DNA of 63,890 bases, filler included, from Squatina squatina (GCA_031763465.1; 3 parts of 3 records of this genome joined end to end with filler, not necessarily neighbours in it), one strand, 5' to 3'. Shown: positions 35,316 to 48,589, counted from the first letter of the whole stretch. Made by a program: numbers and translations. The notes: generated by a model not told the origin, from the sequence alone.

Positions 35316-35577
35316 CTAGGCTGACACTCCAGTGCAGTGCTGAGGGAGCGCTGCACTGTCAGAGGTGCCATCTTCCGGATGAGACGTTAAACCAAGGGTT
35401 CACGTCAAAGGTCCCATGGTACTGTTCGAAAAAGAGCAGGGGAGTTCTCCCCGGTTTCCTGACCAATGTTTATCTCTCAACCAACATCACAAAACAAAAA
35501 TGACTACACTTTATAAAGTTCTGTGGAGTGATTTGGGATGAGGTCATGAAAGGTGCCATATAAAATGCAAGTCTTTT
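35316..35577 (+). mobile_element. Deu-domain SINE (SacSINE1-like)
   Basis: CTAGGCTGACACTCCAGTGCAGTGCTGAGGGAGCGCTGCACTGTCAGAGGTGCCATCTTCCGGATGAGACGTTAAACC core and ..GGTGCCATATAAAATGCAAGTC tail. Confidence 0.85.
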
Positions 35578-37993
35578 TAAAAATGATNNNNNNNNNNNNN
35601 NNNNNNNNNNNNNNNNNNNNNNNNNNNNNNNNNNNNNNNNNNNNNNNNNNNNNNNNNNNNNNNNNNNNNNNNNNNNNNNNNNNNNNNNNNNNNNNNNNNN
35701 NNNNNNNNNNNNNNNNNNNNNNNNNNNNNNNNNNNNNNNNNNNNNNNNNNNNNNNNNNNNNNNNNNNNNNNNNNNNNNNNNNNNNNNNNNNNNNNNNNNN
35801 NNNNNNNNNNNNNNNNNNNNNNNNNNNNNNNNNNNNNNNNNNNNNNNNNNNNNNNNNNNNNNNNNNNNNNNNNNNNNNNNNNNNNNNNNNNNNNNNNNNN
35901 NNNNNNNNNNNNNNNNNNNNNNNNNNNNNNNNNNNNNNNNNNNNNNNNNNNNNNNNNNNNNNNNNNNNNNNNNNNNNNNNNNNNNNNNNNNNNNNNNNNN
36001 NNNNNNNNNNNNNNNNNNNNNNNNNNNNNNNNNNNNNNNNNNNNNNNNNNNNNNNNNNNNNNNNNNNNNNNNNNNNNNNNNNNNNNNNNNNNNNNNNNNN
36101 NNNNNNNNNNNNNNNNNNNNNNNGAGGTATTATTGTTGTGCGTCAAAGAGATTGAGAAACAATGGGCACATCTTGTAGTTCTGGTTCCTGCTTATGCTTC
36201 TCTCTCACAAAATGCAGGTCTTGTAACAGGAAAACATCCTTAATATCAGGCTTCCCCTGCAATCAGCAATTTTTCAGTTTGATCAGGAAAGATTCAAAGT
36301 ATCTTTCATCATGCTGATGTGTGATGCGCTTTGAAGTTCGGCTTTTGAAGGCGATGTATTATCACATCAGGCTCTTGTCTCATAATTGGACATGTCATTA
36401 GTGCTGGTCTTTGTGCAAATTCAGGCACATCACTATCTGCCTGTGCCAAAGTAGGATTTGCTTACTAAGCTATGATAAGTGCTGTAATAGACCAGTTGAA
36501 TCAATAGCTCTTGATTGGCCAGACATAATCAAAGAACATGTTACATATTGATTAAACTGATCTACCGTATCTAAAATAAGCATTCTTGGCTATGAGAGAC
36601 GGTACGGCACGTAAAGGAAACACAGCCAATAGAACCGAGGNNNNNNNNNNNNNNNNNNNNNNNNNNNNNNNNNNNNNNNNNNNNNNNNNNNNNNNNNNNN
36701 NNNNNNNNNNNNNNNNNNNNNNNNNNNNNNNNNNNNNNNNAGAAAAGGAGACAAATCAAGACGCAGAGGTTAGGTAACAGCTAGCCTCAAGACTGAGGGA
36801 GGTTATGGAGTTCCACCATTTTGAGGACCTGCGGAATGAATGAGATGGAATAGGAGCTGGTGTGATGTGTCTTGAATTCAATACAATAAGAATGTAAGGA
36901 GGAGGAGGAAGGATGTGTAGGATGGCGTATTCACAGTTTAGGAGGAACATTCAAAGGAGCGGGGCCCATATTAGCATTGAAAAAGCAGAGAGATACAAGG
37001 GAGGTTACAGCATGGAGAGATGGAGGCGAGGGCATAGATTTGATTGCCAATCAGGCCTTACCTTGCTGGCAGTTTCTTCATAATTTCCTTTTAATTCAGC
37101 TCTAAACTTACATTTGAAACAAAATGTACGTTTGAGATTAATGTAAAGATCCTTAATCAGCTAAGCTTGTACTGACTCAGTAGTTACTGTTGAATTAATG
37201 TTCCATTTGCTCTGTTCCACTTACACACCCGAATATTTGACGAAAAGGCTTTTTGCAGATCAGGAAATGTGATGGATGGAGATTATTAGCATGGAGCTGC
37301 AAATTGAATGTGTGGAAAGTTTATTGGAGCCTGAACTTGTGGGAGCTTATTAGCCACACAATTACTGCTGTGCTGTATGGGAAAGCTTTCAAAGGGAGAC
37401 ATTAAATTCGATGGTGACGAGAAAACTAATTAAATATTTGGATTTTTTAATAAAGCTTTTTCATCAGGAAATGCTGCACAGGAATAGAGTGAGAATTGAA
37501 AATTGATGAANNNNNNNNNNNNNNNNNNNNNNNNNNNNNNNNNNNNNNNNNNNNNNNNNNNNNNNNNNNNNNNNNNNNNNNNNNNNNNNNNNNNNNNNNN
37601 NNNNNNNNNNGGTAAAGCCTAGTCTCAGCAGGGAATCTCTTGGCAGTTCAACGGAGATGGGGAACCTGCCAAGTGCAGAAACAACTATTGCATACGAGGA
37701 CCTATATCCTATTACTCTTTGCCTACATAATAGTAAGTGCACATCAAAGTAATTCCTTGTCAATTAAGTGCTTTGGGACATGCCCTAGAGAGATATGATA
37801 AGCACAATATAAATACAAGACTTATTTTTCCTTTCATTTCAATAACAGTGTGTTGGAGAACCAATGCAGTGAACCACTGAAACTATATTTTTAATCATTC
37901 CTTAATGATGGAAACATATTTATAACTCTTAAGGGGTCAATATTAAATCACATCTAATTTGAACATTTGCTTCCAGCTATAGAGAACAAAAAT

Positions 37994-38151
37994 TACATAG
38001 GATTACATAGGATATACAGCACAGAAACAGGCTATTTGCCCCAACCAGTCCATGCGTCCTCCCATCTTTCCTCATCTAATTCTATCAGCATAAGTCTCTA
38101 CTCGCTTCTCCCTCATATGCTTATCTAGCCTCCCCTGAAATGCATCAATAC
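37994..38151 (-). mobile_element. CR1-type LINE 3' end
   Basis: TTACATAGGATTACATAGGATATACAGCACAGAAACAGGC tandem-repeat tail followed by ORF2-end-like sequence. Confidence 0.65.
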
Positions 38152-39249
38152 NNNNNNNNNNNNNNNNNNNNNNNNNNNNNNNNNNNNNNNNNNNNNNNNN
38201 NNNNNNNNNNNNNNNNNNNNNNNNNNNNNNNNNNNNNNNNNNNNNNNNNNNTACTCTATTTCAAATTGTCATTATAAAATTTGATAATTCCTTATCTTTA
38301 ATTGACACATTCTTGGTGGTAGAATTGCACTATTAGCGACTCTTACTGTCAATGCCAAATAAATCTGCTTTCAAACCTTCCCCATGGAGTTTTTCATCCT
38401 TTATTTTCTCATACAATGAAGTACATGCACTCTGGGCTCATGCCACCCCTTGGGCTTCCTGCTATCAGCTACTGCGTTTTGTCTGTTCTTTGTTTAGAAA
38501 TTGATTGTGAATCATCTCTCTCTTCTTTTCTCATCTCAGTCTCTGTCAAGTTTAAGTGCAACCTTCTCCAGGCTCGTTGGGCAATGTGTTATTCAGTACA
38601 ACCAAACATCTGAGGATCAAACATTTTGACACCCTCAGCTTCTGCAGATGTCTTGGAACAGGCCCAGTAACTGCAGCTTTTCCTCTCATCTCTGGAGCTA
38701 GACTGCCTGTGTATATACCAAAGCAGGGTTTACAATCACCTACAATTGAGAATGACTTGTTGTCCTACTACATTACAATGTGTATTGGCCAGCATCCATA
38801 GAGGTTGGTCTATTTTTACATCTCAGCTGAAATTCCTGCACTAGGCAATCTCCCGCAACTTTGGCAACAGGCAGCAACCTGAAGCAGGTGTAGAGGGCCC
38901 AGGACTGGTCCTTTTGGCCAGAAAATTGTGGAAAGAATGAGGAGTACATAGGAACAGGAGTANNNNNNNNNNNNNNNNNNNNNNNNNNNNNNNNNNNNNN
39001 NNNNNNNNNNNNNNNNNNNNNNNNNNNNNNNNNNNNNNNNNNNNNNNNNNNNNNNNNNNNNNCCGGATATGGTTAAGCTTGTGCCCTCTGGCTTGAGGGT
39101 TATACTAGGGGGGTTGGGGATTGAAGACAGTGATTGATTTAATGGAAGCAGGGACACTGAAGACAGAAGTAAAGAAGCAATAAAGCAGCAGAGGTGTTGT
39201 GGCCAGGCGGGGGACCAAAAGAGAGGGAGTTGGCAACTTTTTGCTGAGT

Positions 39250-39440
39250 CTGTGAGGGAGCTGGGGCAGAGTTAATTACAGGAGCGGATGGTGTGAATAA
39301 CGGGATTGGCGGTGGATAGGGTAATGTGGGTGCTAAGGGTGACATGGAAGTGATCAGAGATGGCCTTCTTGATCGAGAGAGGCCATAGAAGGTGATGGGG
39401 TGGAGGGGTAGCCATTCTCACAAGTGTCATAGGTCAAGTC
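39250..39440 (-). mobile_element. Decayed L2 LINE endonuclease fragment
   Basis: Minus strand reads ..KKAISDHFHVTLSTHITL.., the APE endonuclease C-terminal SDH motif. Confidence 0.5.
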
Positions 39441-40443
39441 TTGGAAAAAGGTCAGCTGGGGAATGGCATGTGGTGAGAGAGAGACAACTCTGTCCAAATG
39501 AGGAGCTCCCCTAAACCATACATAACCAGACACCCTGGGAGTAAATTTGCTGTCAATGGAAAAGAAAATTCTGAGAGGTTTATAACACACAGCTGATCCA
39601 ATATTGCATGTATGATCATCAAAAGTTATAATTCCCCCTCCTGCCCTTGCTCATTGACTTGTTGGTTTGTTGTGTTATGACATGTTTACTGTGGTACTTT
39701 CTGTAAGGTTGTGTTCAGTTGGCCAGGATAAATCATTGGGCCATATCTCTGCTGGGTTGCTCATTCTGAATTGAAGGATCCCACTTCCAGTGTCTTGCCT
39801 CTCTCTCTATCAGTCATCCAACATCAGGCTAGACTACATTGAATTTCATTGCTAGTGTGGGCTTGTTAATCAATTGTTCAGCAGTAAAAGTCACCTTGAA
39901 TGGAGGTAACCACTGAGCTCCAGCTAATTCAGACAGCATCTGAATGAGCAGCTCATCCACATTAAAATGCACTATACATTTCCTGACAAGGAACCTTGAT
40001 CAGATACAATCAAAATCAAATGAGCTAATCTCACTTCCCATTGTCTTCTGAAGGGAAATTGGTTTCAATTTCTAGTGTGCGTGCGCAGACGATCTGTCAA
40101 CACGCTCCTGTTCCTAGATAATCCCAGGGAAGAAGGGATGGAAAGACTGATACAAATGGGGATCAGTACATGTAAGGTCACTTTTATGCTGAGGGAGACA
40201 TCTTCTAGCCTCTGTTGATCAGGACAGGAGGTGAGCCAATCGGGATTCACTATGGCTGTGGGCTAGGAAGACATGCTTTTTTAATTATAAACGGTGAAAT
40301 CAATGGAAGTGAAAACAGGGAGATTTCTATAAGGATCGATCAATGGGGTCGAGTTCGACTTTTGGTGACCGACAGGTAGATTGCTGGCTGATCGAGTGTA
40401 CCCCACCCCGGTGAAGAGGCACCATTACAGCGGGCTGGCGAGA

Positions 40444-40483
40444 TTTACAATTGTGGAGGGGGGTTTACAATTGTGGAGGGGGG
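40444..40483. repeat. Perfect 20-bp tandem duplication
   Basis: TTTACAATTGTGGAGGGGGG twice. Confidence 0.95.
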
Positions 40484-41361
40484 TGGGCAGGGGGCGTCCC
40501 AGGTTATGTTTGTGGGGGCTGGAGGAGTAATTCTGCTTCTCCGGTCACTGCAAAAATAATTCCAAACGTGCTTNNNNNNNNNNNNNNNNNNNNNNNNNNN
40601 NNNNNNNNNNNNNNNNNNNNNNNNNNNNNNNNNNNNNNNNNNNNNNNNNNNNNNNNNNNNNNNNNNNNNNNNNATCTGCTCTTATTTTCTGCTCCACCAT
40701 TTTCTGCTTGAAATTAGCATAATTGCACAATAGAAATTTTGAAATACTCTATCTTAATGAAATAAGAGTGTGCGAGTTCTCATAAGTCATGTAATATATG
40801 GAGTCCCATTTCACCTCCAGCTAAAGAAACCTAAGATATTAATATTGGATCACTTGAATTGTAATTGGCTTCCTGATTGTGAAGGCAATAATATTTAGAG
40901 AGAATGAAGCTAATCTATTTTTAATGAACGGGTTCAGTCTTATCAAGGTAGAATGAAGGTTGATAGAGAAGGGTTATGGGCCGGAAAACATCTAAACTAA
41001 AATTGTAATTTCTTCAAATCATTAACACTGAATATTAATTTAGCAAATAGAGTCAGTAAAATGTGTAATGATTTTGTAATTCAGGAATGCATCTTGTTGT
41101 TGTGACACACTTATGACTTAAAATGTAAATGGGCCTTTAGAAAATTTGTTTAAATCCACAATCAAAACAGACAAATAGTGCCAGTCCTGCAACTGTAATT
41201 TTTATCTCTAACCACTAAAGCCACACTTCAAGCATCTTCCAGGGAGTGTGCTGTTCACTGTGCCAGGATTCCTTCTTAGTAAGGGAACTTTAACACCATC
41301 AACAAAGCAGTTTAGCANNNNNNNNNNNNNNNNNNNNNNNNNNNNNNNNNNNNNNNNNNNN

Positions 41362-41373
41362 TTAATTAATTAA
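41362..41373. other. Artificial scaffold-joining linker TTAATTAATTAA
   Basis: Same 44N-TTAATTAATTAA-44N structure as at 22164. Confidence 0.95.
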
Positions 41374-41417
41374 NNNNNNNNNNNNNNNNNNNNNNNNNNN
41401 NNNNNNNNNNNNNNNNN

Positions 41418-41890
41418 CACTTTCCATAAACTTAAAAACATCCAAAACCTCCGAACCTGCACCACGACCCGTGTGTTCACTGACTTACATTGGCTCCCAG
41501 TCCACCAATGCCTCGATTTTGAAAATTCTTAACCATGTGTTCAAGCCCCTACATGGTCTCACACCTCCTTCTGTAACCTTCTCCAGCCCTGAAACTCTTC
41601 AAGGATTTTATGCTCCTCCAATTCTGGCCTCTTACACATCCCCACTCCCTTCGCTCCACCATTGGCAGCCCTGCCTCAGCCATTCAGCCCCATAGCTCTG
41701 GAATTCCTTCCCTAAGCCTCTCAGTGTCTCCACCTCTTTCCTCCTGTAAGATGCTCCTTAAAACTTGCACCTTTGACCGAGCTATAAGTCACCCCTCCTA
41801 ATGTCATCTTGTCTCAGTGTCAATTTTTGCCTATGAAGTGTCTTTGGAGTTTTACTATGTTAAAGGCACTATGTAAATACAAGTTGTTGT
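41418..41890 (+). mobile_element. L2 LINE 3' end
   Basis: LHWLPVHQCLDF..ILNHVFKPLHGLTP motif and 3' tail TGAAGTGTCTTTGGAGTTTTACTATGTTAAAGGCACTATGTAAATACAAGTTGTTGT. Confidence 0.85.
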
Positions 41891-41964
41891 CAAATGTTTT
41901 ATAGGCCCACTTGTCTTTTATTCAATAGTTAATATTAATATTAGTTTGTTTTCAATTTTTTCAG

Positions 41965-42099
41965 CCACCTGAAGAAATCTATTCAGCAGGAAATGCCATT
42001 TTACTTCATTTCCACACCGATGACACAATTAACAAAAAGGGATTCCATATACGATATACAAGTACAAAATTCCAGGATGCCCTCCACACCAAAAAGTAA
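41965..42099 (+). CDS. TLL1: Tolloid-like metalloproteinase last coding exon (end of last CUB domain)
   Basis: tttttcag| acceptor; [44 protein letters not shown]-stop. BMP1/tolloid family; [21 protein letters not shown] and convergence with SPOCK3 favour TLL1. Not in the ORF track because it lacks a start codon. Confidence 0.88.
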   Translation, partial: PPEEIYSAGNAILLHFHTDDTINKKGFHIRYTSTKFQDALHTKK

Positions 42100-44110
42100 C
42101 CTGGATCCTCAACACGGTTTCCTTTTCCTTTTTTTTTCTGAAAGCAAAAATAACCTGAACTATTTTATAACGACAGTACAGCGAGTAACTGAAGAAAATA
42201 AATTGTTGAGTTGACTGTGTGAAAGTGAAGTATTCCGGTGGAAGAATCAGTGAAAACTCGACGAGCAGGCTAACAGTTAGTCTGGGAATGAAACTGTAAT
42301 AACAGGACGCTACATTCCTGCAGGATGATTAGAAAGGTTTGCGTGCTGTATTGGCTTTTGTCACTAATGGCTACAGAGTTTCACTCGGTGGAAATAGCCA
42401 TCCGCAGACTGCTGTTCCTCTCAGCCACCTGCAATATCCCTAAGAATGAACCTACATCAGACCATAACTAGCTTCTCAGCATATCGTTCGCAGATTTCTT
42501 TTGTCAGACAGGCAAAGATGATAAAAGGAGGAAAGATGTACTAATGTACTGTTCACTTTTCAAAATGTGGTTTAATAATATAAAGATAAACCATTTACTG
42601 CATAATTTATGAGGTTTTGTAAGTTTTTTTCCCCCTTTTTTTAACTGGATGTCTTTACTGGTGACTGTATTATCTCTCATGTCTCTCAGATACAGGACTT
42701 CATGCAGATGAGCACTGTAGCAAACTGTGAATTCCTTCAGTACCAAAAATAGGTTTAAGAGCATTGAAAATCCTGATAGCATTTTTGATATTTTGCTATC
42801 GGAATGTGCCAGGATAGTTTTTTTAAAAATATGTGTTGGTAGTTTGCACTTAGAATGATATCAAGAGGCCTGCTTTCAGGCTGTAGCTATTGTATGCATC
42901 TCTGGACTGTATTATGTAAATCATCTGAAGTTGTAGGCATATGAATTGTATGTGTATGAAAATTAAATTAATCGATAACCAGATAAACATAGAGTTTCTA
43001 CAATAGAGTGAGCGAAATGGTCACAGAATTTAAAGAAAGAAAAATCGCTAACAACAATTCTTTAACAGTACCCTTATAGCCATTCTGTGTGCTGAAAAAA
43101 AAACTATATTAAACTTGTGATAATTTTAAGTGCTACAATTTTCGGTTGGAGGAACAAAATACAAAGGTGAAATATGTAAACCATATTCCCACTATTCAAG
43201 TTCAACTCTTCGGGATACTTGAATGTCTTCTTANNNNNNNNNNNNNNNNNNNNNNNNNNNNNNNNNNNNNNTGAAAGAATGCAAAAGGCCACAGAAAATG
43301 TGATGTGAATCAGATTTCTTATGGTGCTACTCCACGTTCAGAAGCATTTTGGGTTTATGAGCCAACAATCTTTAGAACCTTGTATGATTGTCAAAACTAT
43401 TTCAGGCATAAGCAGAAGGACAAAGACAAATATCAGTTTGAATGTAAGATAACGTCATCATGCCATAAAAGCACTAGTCCTGTGGAGACTGAAACAATTA
43501 ATGCCTTAGAATGATTCATTGTAAATCCTTGCACATAACAAACAAGTCTTTCTGTAAAACAAAACTTTGTGACTACTTGTTTCAAAGTCATTCTTCAACT
43601 TGAATTTTTTTTCTTATCATATTTTGCCATGTTAAAAAGATCCATACGCTGACCTGATTAAAAGTAATACAAGAGTGAAATGTTTTAACGCATCTGATGT
43701 ACAGAAATGTTGAGTAACCTGTTCCACCAAGAGAACCATAATATTGGGCATATATGCATTATTATGTGTTAATTTAAAAAGGCGTTATAAGGCAAGGTGC
43801 AACTTTTGTTTTATGGCTGAATGGTGAAATTGTTACAGTATGTGCCAAGTTCCACTTGAACCTGTTTTGCTGTAGCTTATTTGTTCTTTTTGTTTACTTT
43901 TTGCTGTTGTTTGTAACCGGAACATTGTGGCTTCTCATTAAAGGTTCTTTCAGGTCANNNNNNNNNNAAGAAATGTTACTTTGCAATGTTTTTCACACAG
44001 TAGATTGCTACCTAAGTTAGCACTGATTAATCTATTTGTATCTATTATATCCTAAATCCATGAAAACATAACTAGCACTAATAAATATGTTTTTACAAAC
44101 ATTAAATGAA
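42100..44110 (+). other. TLL1: TLL1 3'UTR
   Basis: About 2 kb of repeat-free sequence after the stop; AATAAA at 44080-44085 and ATTAAA at 44101-44106. Confidence 0.6.
43322..43329 (+). promoter_or_regulatory. miR-29 8mer seed match (TGGTGCTA) in TLL1 3'UTR
   Basis: Exact 8mer match to the miR-29 seed (UAGCACCA). Confidence 0.5.
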
Positions 44111-44479
44111 TGCCTATTCATAATTTATCCTGTGTAACTGCATTTTGTATAGAATCTTAGGGCGCCCAATTGGTCTGCCTTGCGTTTGAAATGTTAAAGG
44201 GACCAAACAGAGTGATTTTTGCGCCCGTTTTGCGCTACCCCACNNNNNNNNNNNNNNNNNNNNNNNNNNNNNNNNNNNNNNNNNNNNNNNNNNNNNNNNN
44301 NNNNNNNNNNNNNNNNNNNNNNNNNNNNNNNNNNNNNNNNNNNGGATCCAGCACAGCAGTTCTGTTGCCCATTTCCTGCCCCTCTCTGGATATTGGGTGT
44401 ACTCATTGGAAAATCCCAGCTATTTTGCATTCTTATGCATGATGAACATCCACTCAAGTGAGATGCAGTACTGCAGGGA

Positions 44480-44710
44480 GGAATAACGATGAGAATTTTT
44501 TTTACACGAGTTGTGATCTGGAGTGCACTGCCTGAAAGGATGTTGGAAGCAGATTCCATAGTAACTTTCAAAAGCGAATGGAATAAATACATGAAAAGAA
44601 AAAAGTGCAGGGCTATGGGGAGCGAGCGACTAATTGGAGAGCTCTTTCAAAGAGCCAGAATAGGCACAATGGGCCGAAAGGCCTCCGTCTGTGCTGTAAG
44701 ATTCTATGAT
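44480..44710 (+). mobile_element. CR1 LINE 3' end
   Basis: MRIFFTRVVIWSALPERMLEADSIVTFKSEWNKYM and 3' tail ATGGGCCGAAAGGCCTCCGTCTGTGCTGTAAGATTCTATGATT. Confidence 0.85.
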
Positions 44711-46502
44711 TAATTCTGAGCACATTTAAAGCTGAACACCTAAAGCAAGGCCCAGAGTCCATACTGGAGCATTTTGGTAGACAGGCTGAGAGCACAACAG
44801 ATTACATTGATCCGGCCGTTGATATGTTGTGACTATTTTGTTGTCAGTTCAAAAGGAACAAAATAGCTTTCACTGAACAAATACATTGATGGCCATGATT
44901 TCAAGACATGGCAGAATGCTCCAAAAACCCCTTTGGACATTAACAGGTCTGGTGACCTCAGTATGCTATAGGTAGAAGCATTTAACTGTAATAGCAAAAG
45001 CCTGAGCCTGCTAGCTGTCTTTTAAAGATATCAATCAACTCGGGAAGTACAATATAATGTAAAATGCAGCCCACAGGCAAAGCCTAATGATCAAATTTAA
45101 GCTAAAACATATGCAATTAAAATGCCTTTTTTGCAGGCTACATGTTGTCACTTATAGTAAAAGTGCCCTTTAGTATGACAGCTCAGTACTCATTCTGAGA
45201 TTAATCACAGAAATGGCTTTTACATCAATTCCTGACTGAGAATGCAATATAATTGCAAGCTATAAGTAAAGNNNNNNNNNNNNNNNNNNNNNNNAAAAAA
45301 AACATTTCAGAAGCAGCGTTGATAAAACATCCAATAAGAAAGTAAATTATGGTTATATTCAAGCATTATTTCACACTTACTCTGACTCCTTTATCACCAT
45401 GTTATCAGGATGATCCTTCTATTCCCATTTGTTAGTATTGATCTGTTTTTATATCTAGTAGAAGATAAATCATTCAGTTCCATTCCACACTAAATCTGTT
45501 TGTTAACAGTGTATAGGGTGGTTAAGATTGACGATAGCTGTGCAACTGGTGCAGATATTATATTTTTGTGTCAGTGCCAAATCTGCACCGTTAGACAGGA
45601 ATTATGGTTAAAAAAAATTCAAAACTGCTGTAACCTGGAGCGGAGGAATCCACAGTAACAACAAAGTTGAGACTCCACCAGGAGGCCTGAGTTTCTCATC
45701 CCACTTTTGACTACATTGCTAGAGGTGGGGATTTATTGGTCTTTATTGCGTTGTCTGAAATGACATGGAAACGATCATTAGCTCAGCTGTTCGTTCTCAT
45801 TACACAATGGAAGTGCCCTCCTGTTCATTGAGCTGAACCTCCATCAAGAAGGCATCTACAGTTCAACTCCATGGATACAGAGGCATTAATTTTTGGAGGG
45901 GAAAGAAAGAAAAATGTCAAGTAGTTTGAAATGGGATAATTTAGATAAATTTGAGATTAACGATAGAATTTTTTTTGGAGTCACATTTCTATATAATCTG
46001 TATAAAGGAGACAAAGGAAGGTCCCCGGTATTCCCGTTGTGTTTACCCAGAATTTCACCTTGGGAGTATTGGATTGGCAATGATATGGAACTAAGATGTA
46101 AATTTCAATGAAGGAGAAAGCTGTAAGAAATGAGAGATTTACTGCAAATGTGACCATTAAAGCTGGCGAGACCTGAATGAACAGCTCATAGGCTAAGAAT
46201 CAGGAAGTAAACATAAGAAATAGGAGCAGGAGTAGGCCATTCGGCCCNNNNNNNNNNNNNNNNNNNNNNNNNNNNNNNNNNNNNNNNNNNNNNNNNNNNN
46301 NNNNNNNNNNNNNNNNNNNNNNNNNNNNNNNNNNNNNNNNNNNNNNNAAGCAATCTGCCACCAATAATGCAAAAAAAAAAATTCCAAGCTAATAAACTAT
46401 GTGATGCAGGGGAGGGAATTGTTTAGAGTGCATGAAAAGAGAGGGAGATGAGGACTATTATCGAGAGAGATGGAGAAATGAAGAACTGTACTCATCCTTA
46501 CT

Positions 46503-46960
46503 GCTCTTGTCATGTCACGTCATTGAAACATTTCCTGCAGTGAACCCAGCTCCTAGGGACGATGCTATAGGAGCTGATGATCTCAGCCATCTCTCTCCAG
46601 GCTTGGCAAATGGCCATTTTGGGTTTATTCCTCCCATTGGTGGGAAAGAGAACTTCAATCCTCCTCCTCACCGTTTCAATCAGGACTTCCAGGGACATTT
46701 CAGAAAACATGGGGTTGCATCTGACTCTTCTTGCAGTATGTCGCAATAAAAGACAGCAATATCAGTAAAGTGAATGCAACCTCCATTTAAAGCGGAATTC
46801 CTACTTTAAATAGGCCTCTGGAAGGCTGCCAAAAATTATGCCCAGCAAGGTTCCTGAAATGGGAAACCCGCCAGTCAAATGTATATGAGGCCCAAGAGTT
46901 AATAACCCTGCCTCCCAAGCACCGATTCAAAACCTACTAAGGTTAAAATCAACCCCAGTG
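46503..46960 (-). mobile_element. Harbinger Myb/SANT exon 1 plus upstream end
   Basis: PMFSEMSLEVLIETVRRRIEVLFPTNGRNKPKMAICQAWREMAEIISSYSIVPRSWVHCRKCFNDVT, followed by a gtaagg donor. Confidence 0.8.
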
Positions 46961-48046
46961 AGTCAGCCTCTCTCTTAGCTGCGTCATCAATAAGTGATTC
47001 AATCCACTTCAGATTTGCTGCTCGACATTTGTATTTAATTAATGAACCCTTGTTGGTTTGGTCTATGTTCTAAACAGGATCAGCAAGTTTTTACTATGTG
47101 ACCAATTTCCTAATAGATATCTTGCAAATCCATGGCTAATCATTGAATGGACAGTAAATCCTGGGGGTACAGCCTCAAATTCCCAGATTCACTCTCAGCC
47201 AGGGAAGGTCGGCACTGTAAATTTGTAAAAATTAACTCTATTGCCTTCAGGAGACAAGTGGAGAAAATTGCAAACAAAAAAATGAGAATATTAGATATAA
47301 CTACCAAGTTCTTTAAAGTCTACTCACACAAAAAGTAGCTGTGTCACTAATTTCACTGGTTATCAGAAGACAATGTTATACTAATGCATCTAATCCATAT
47401 TTATTTAAAATGAAAGAGAGTTGGCTGGAAAACCCACTGAAGTATAACTACTGAATGATTTAAAACCCAGATGATACATTTGTTGACCTACACCATGAAT
47501 GTTGATTATTACCTCTGCCAGTAATTCAGTAGTGACATGAATTTAATGAAATATTCATGGAAGAATAAAACCTATTTTCTGTATGTCAGACTCCTGGTTT
47601 TTAAAAGCTGTCAGAGTAAGATGAGAGCTGCTTTTTAACAGTACTTTAAAGGAACAATATCCCTTTTGTTGGCCTACGCCACTTGAATTTTTATTGCCTC
47701 ACGTCAAACTTCTTCAGCATCCTTTTTATTCCAGTCATATCACAAAGTATCATGTATTTTTGATAAGGGTAATGAAAGAGGTAGTAATAAAACAAAAATC
47801 ATCTTGTACTAAATTTTAGGAGAATTCTCCCTCCTGCCCCCACCACCACCTGCCCCACGCCAGTTTTCTCCTCTCCTTAAAACATTGACTCATGCTGAAG
47901 TATGGTACCACAATCCAGTACGACAGCCAACCTTATGGTAGTTGAACTAACTGATCAAGACAAAGGAAAACAAACAGCAAAGCTTTCTGCAAATCTTTTG
48001 CTCTCCTTTTTTCTTGGTCAATCAGGTACCTAACACACTAAAAAAA

Positions 48047-48489
48047 GAAAGACTTGCATTTATTTAGCACCTTTCACAACCTCAGGACATCCCAAAGTTC
48101 TTTACAGCCAATGAAGTACTTTTTGAAGTGTAGTCACTGTTGTATTGTAGGAAACGCAGAAGCCAATTTTGAATAGCAAGCTCCCACAAACAGCAACATG
48201 ATAATGACCAGATAATCTGATTTTGTTATGTTGATTGGGGGATAAACATTCACCAGGACACCAGGAATAACTCCGCTGCTCTTCTTCAAAATAGTGCGAT
48301 GGGATCTTTTACATCCACCTGAGAGAGCAAACAGAACCTCAGTTTAATATCTCATCTGAAAGACGGCACTTCAAACAGTGTAGCACTCCTTCAGCCCTGC
48401 ACTGGAGTGCCAGCTTAGATTTTTCTGCTCAATTCTCTGAAGTGGACATGAACCCACAACCTTCTGACTCGGAAGTGAGTGTGCTGGAC
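48047..48489 (-). mobile_element. Near full-length Deu-domain SINE (SacSINE1-like)
   Basis: L2-like tail (GACTTGCATTTATTTAGCACCTTTCAC), Deu core (CTGAAAGACGGCACTTCAAACAGTGTAGCACTCCTTCAGCCCTGCACTGGAGTG) and tRNA-like head (GAACCCACAACCTTCTGACTC). Confidence 0.88.
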
Positions 48490-48589
48490 NNNNNNNNNNN
48501 NNNNNNNNNNNNNNNNNNNNNNNNNNNNNNNNNNNNNNNNNNNNNNNNNNNNNNNNNNNNNNNNNNNNNNNNNNNNNNNNNNNNNNNNN

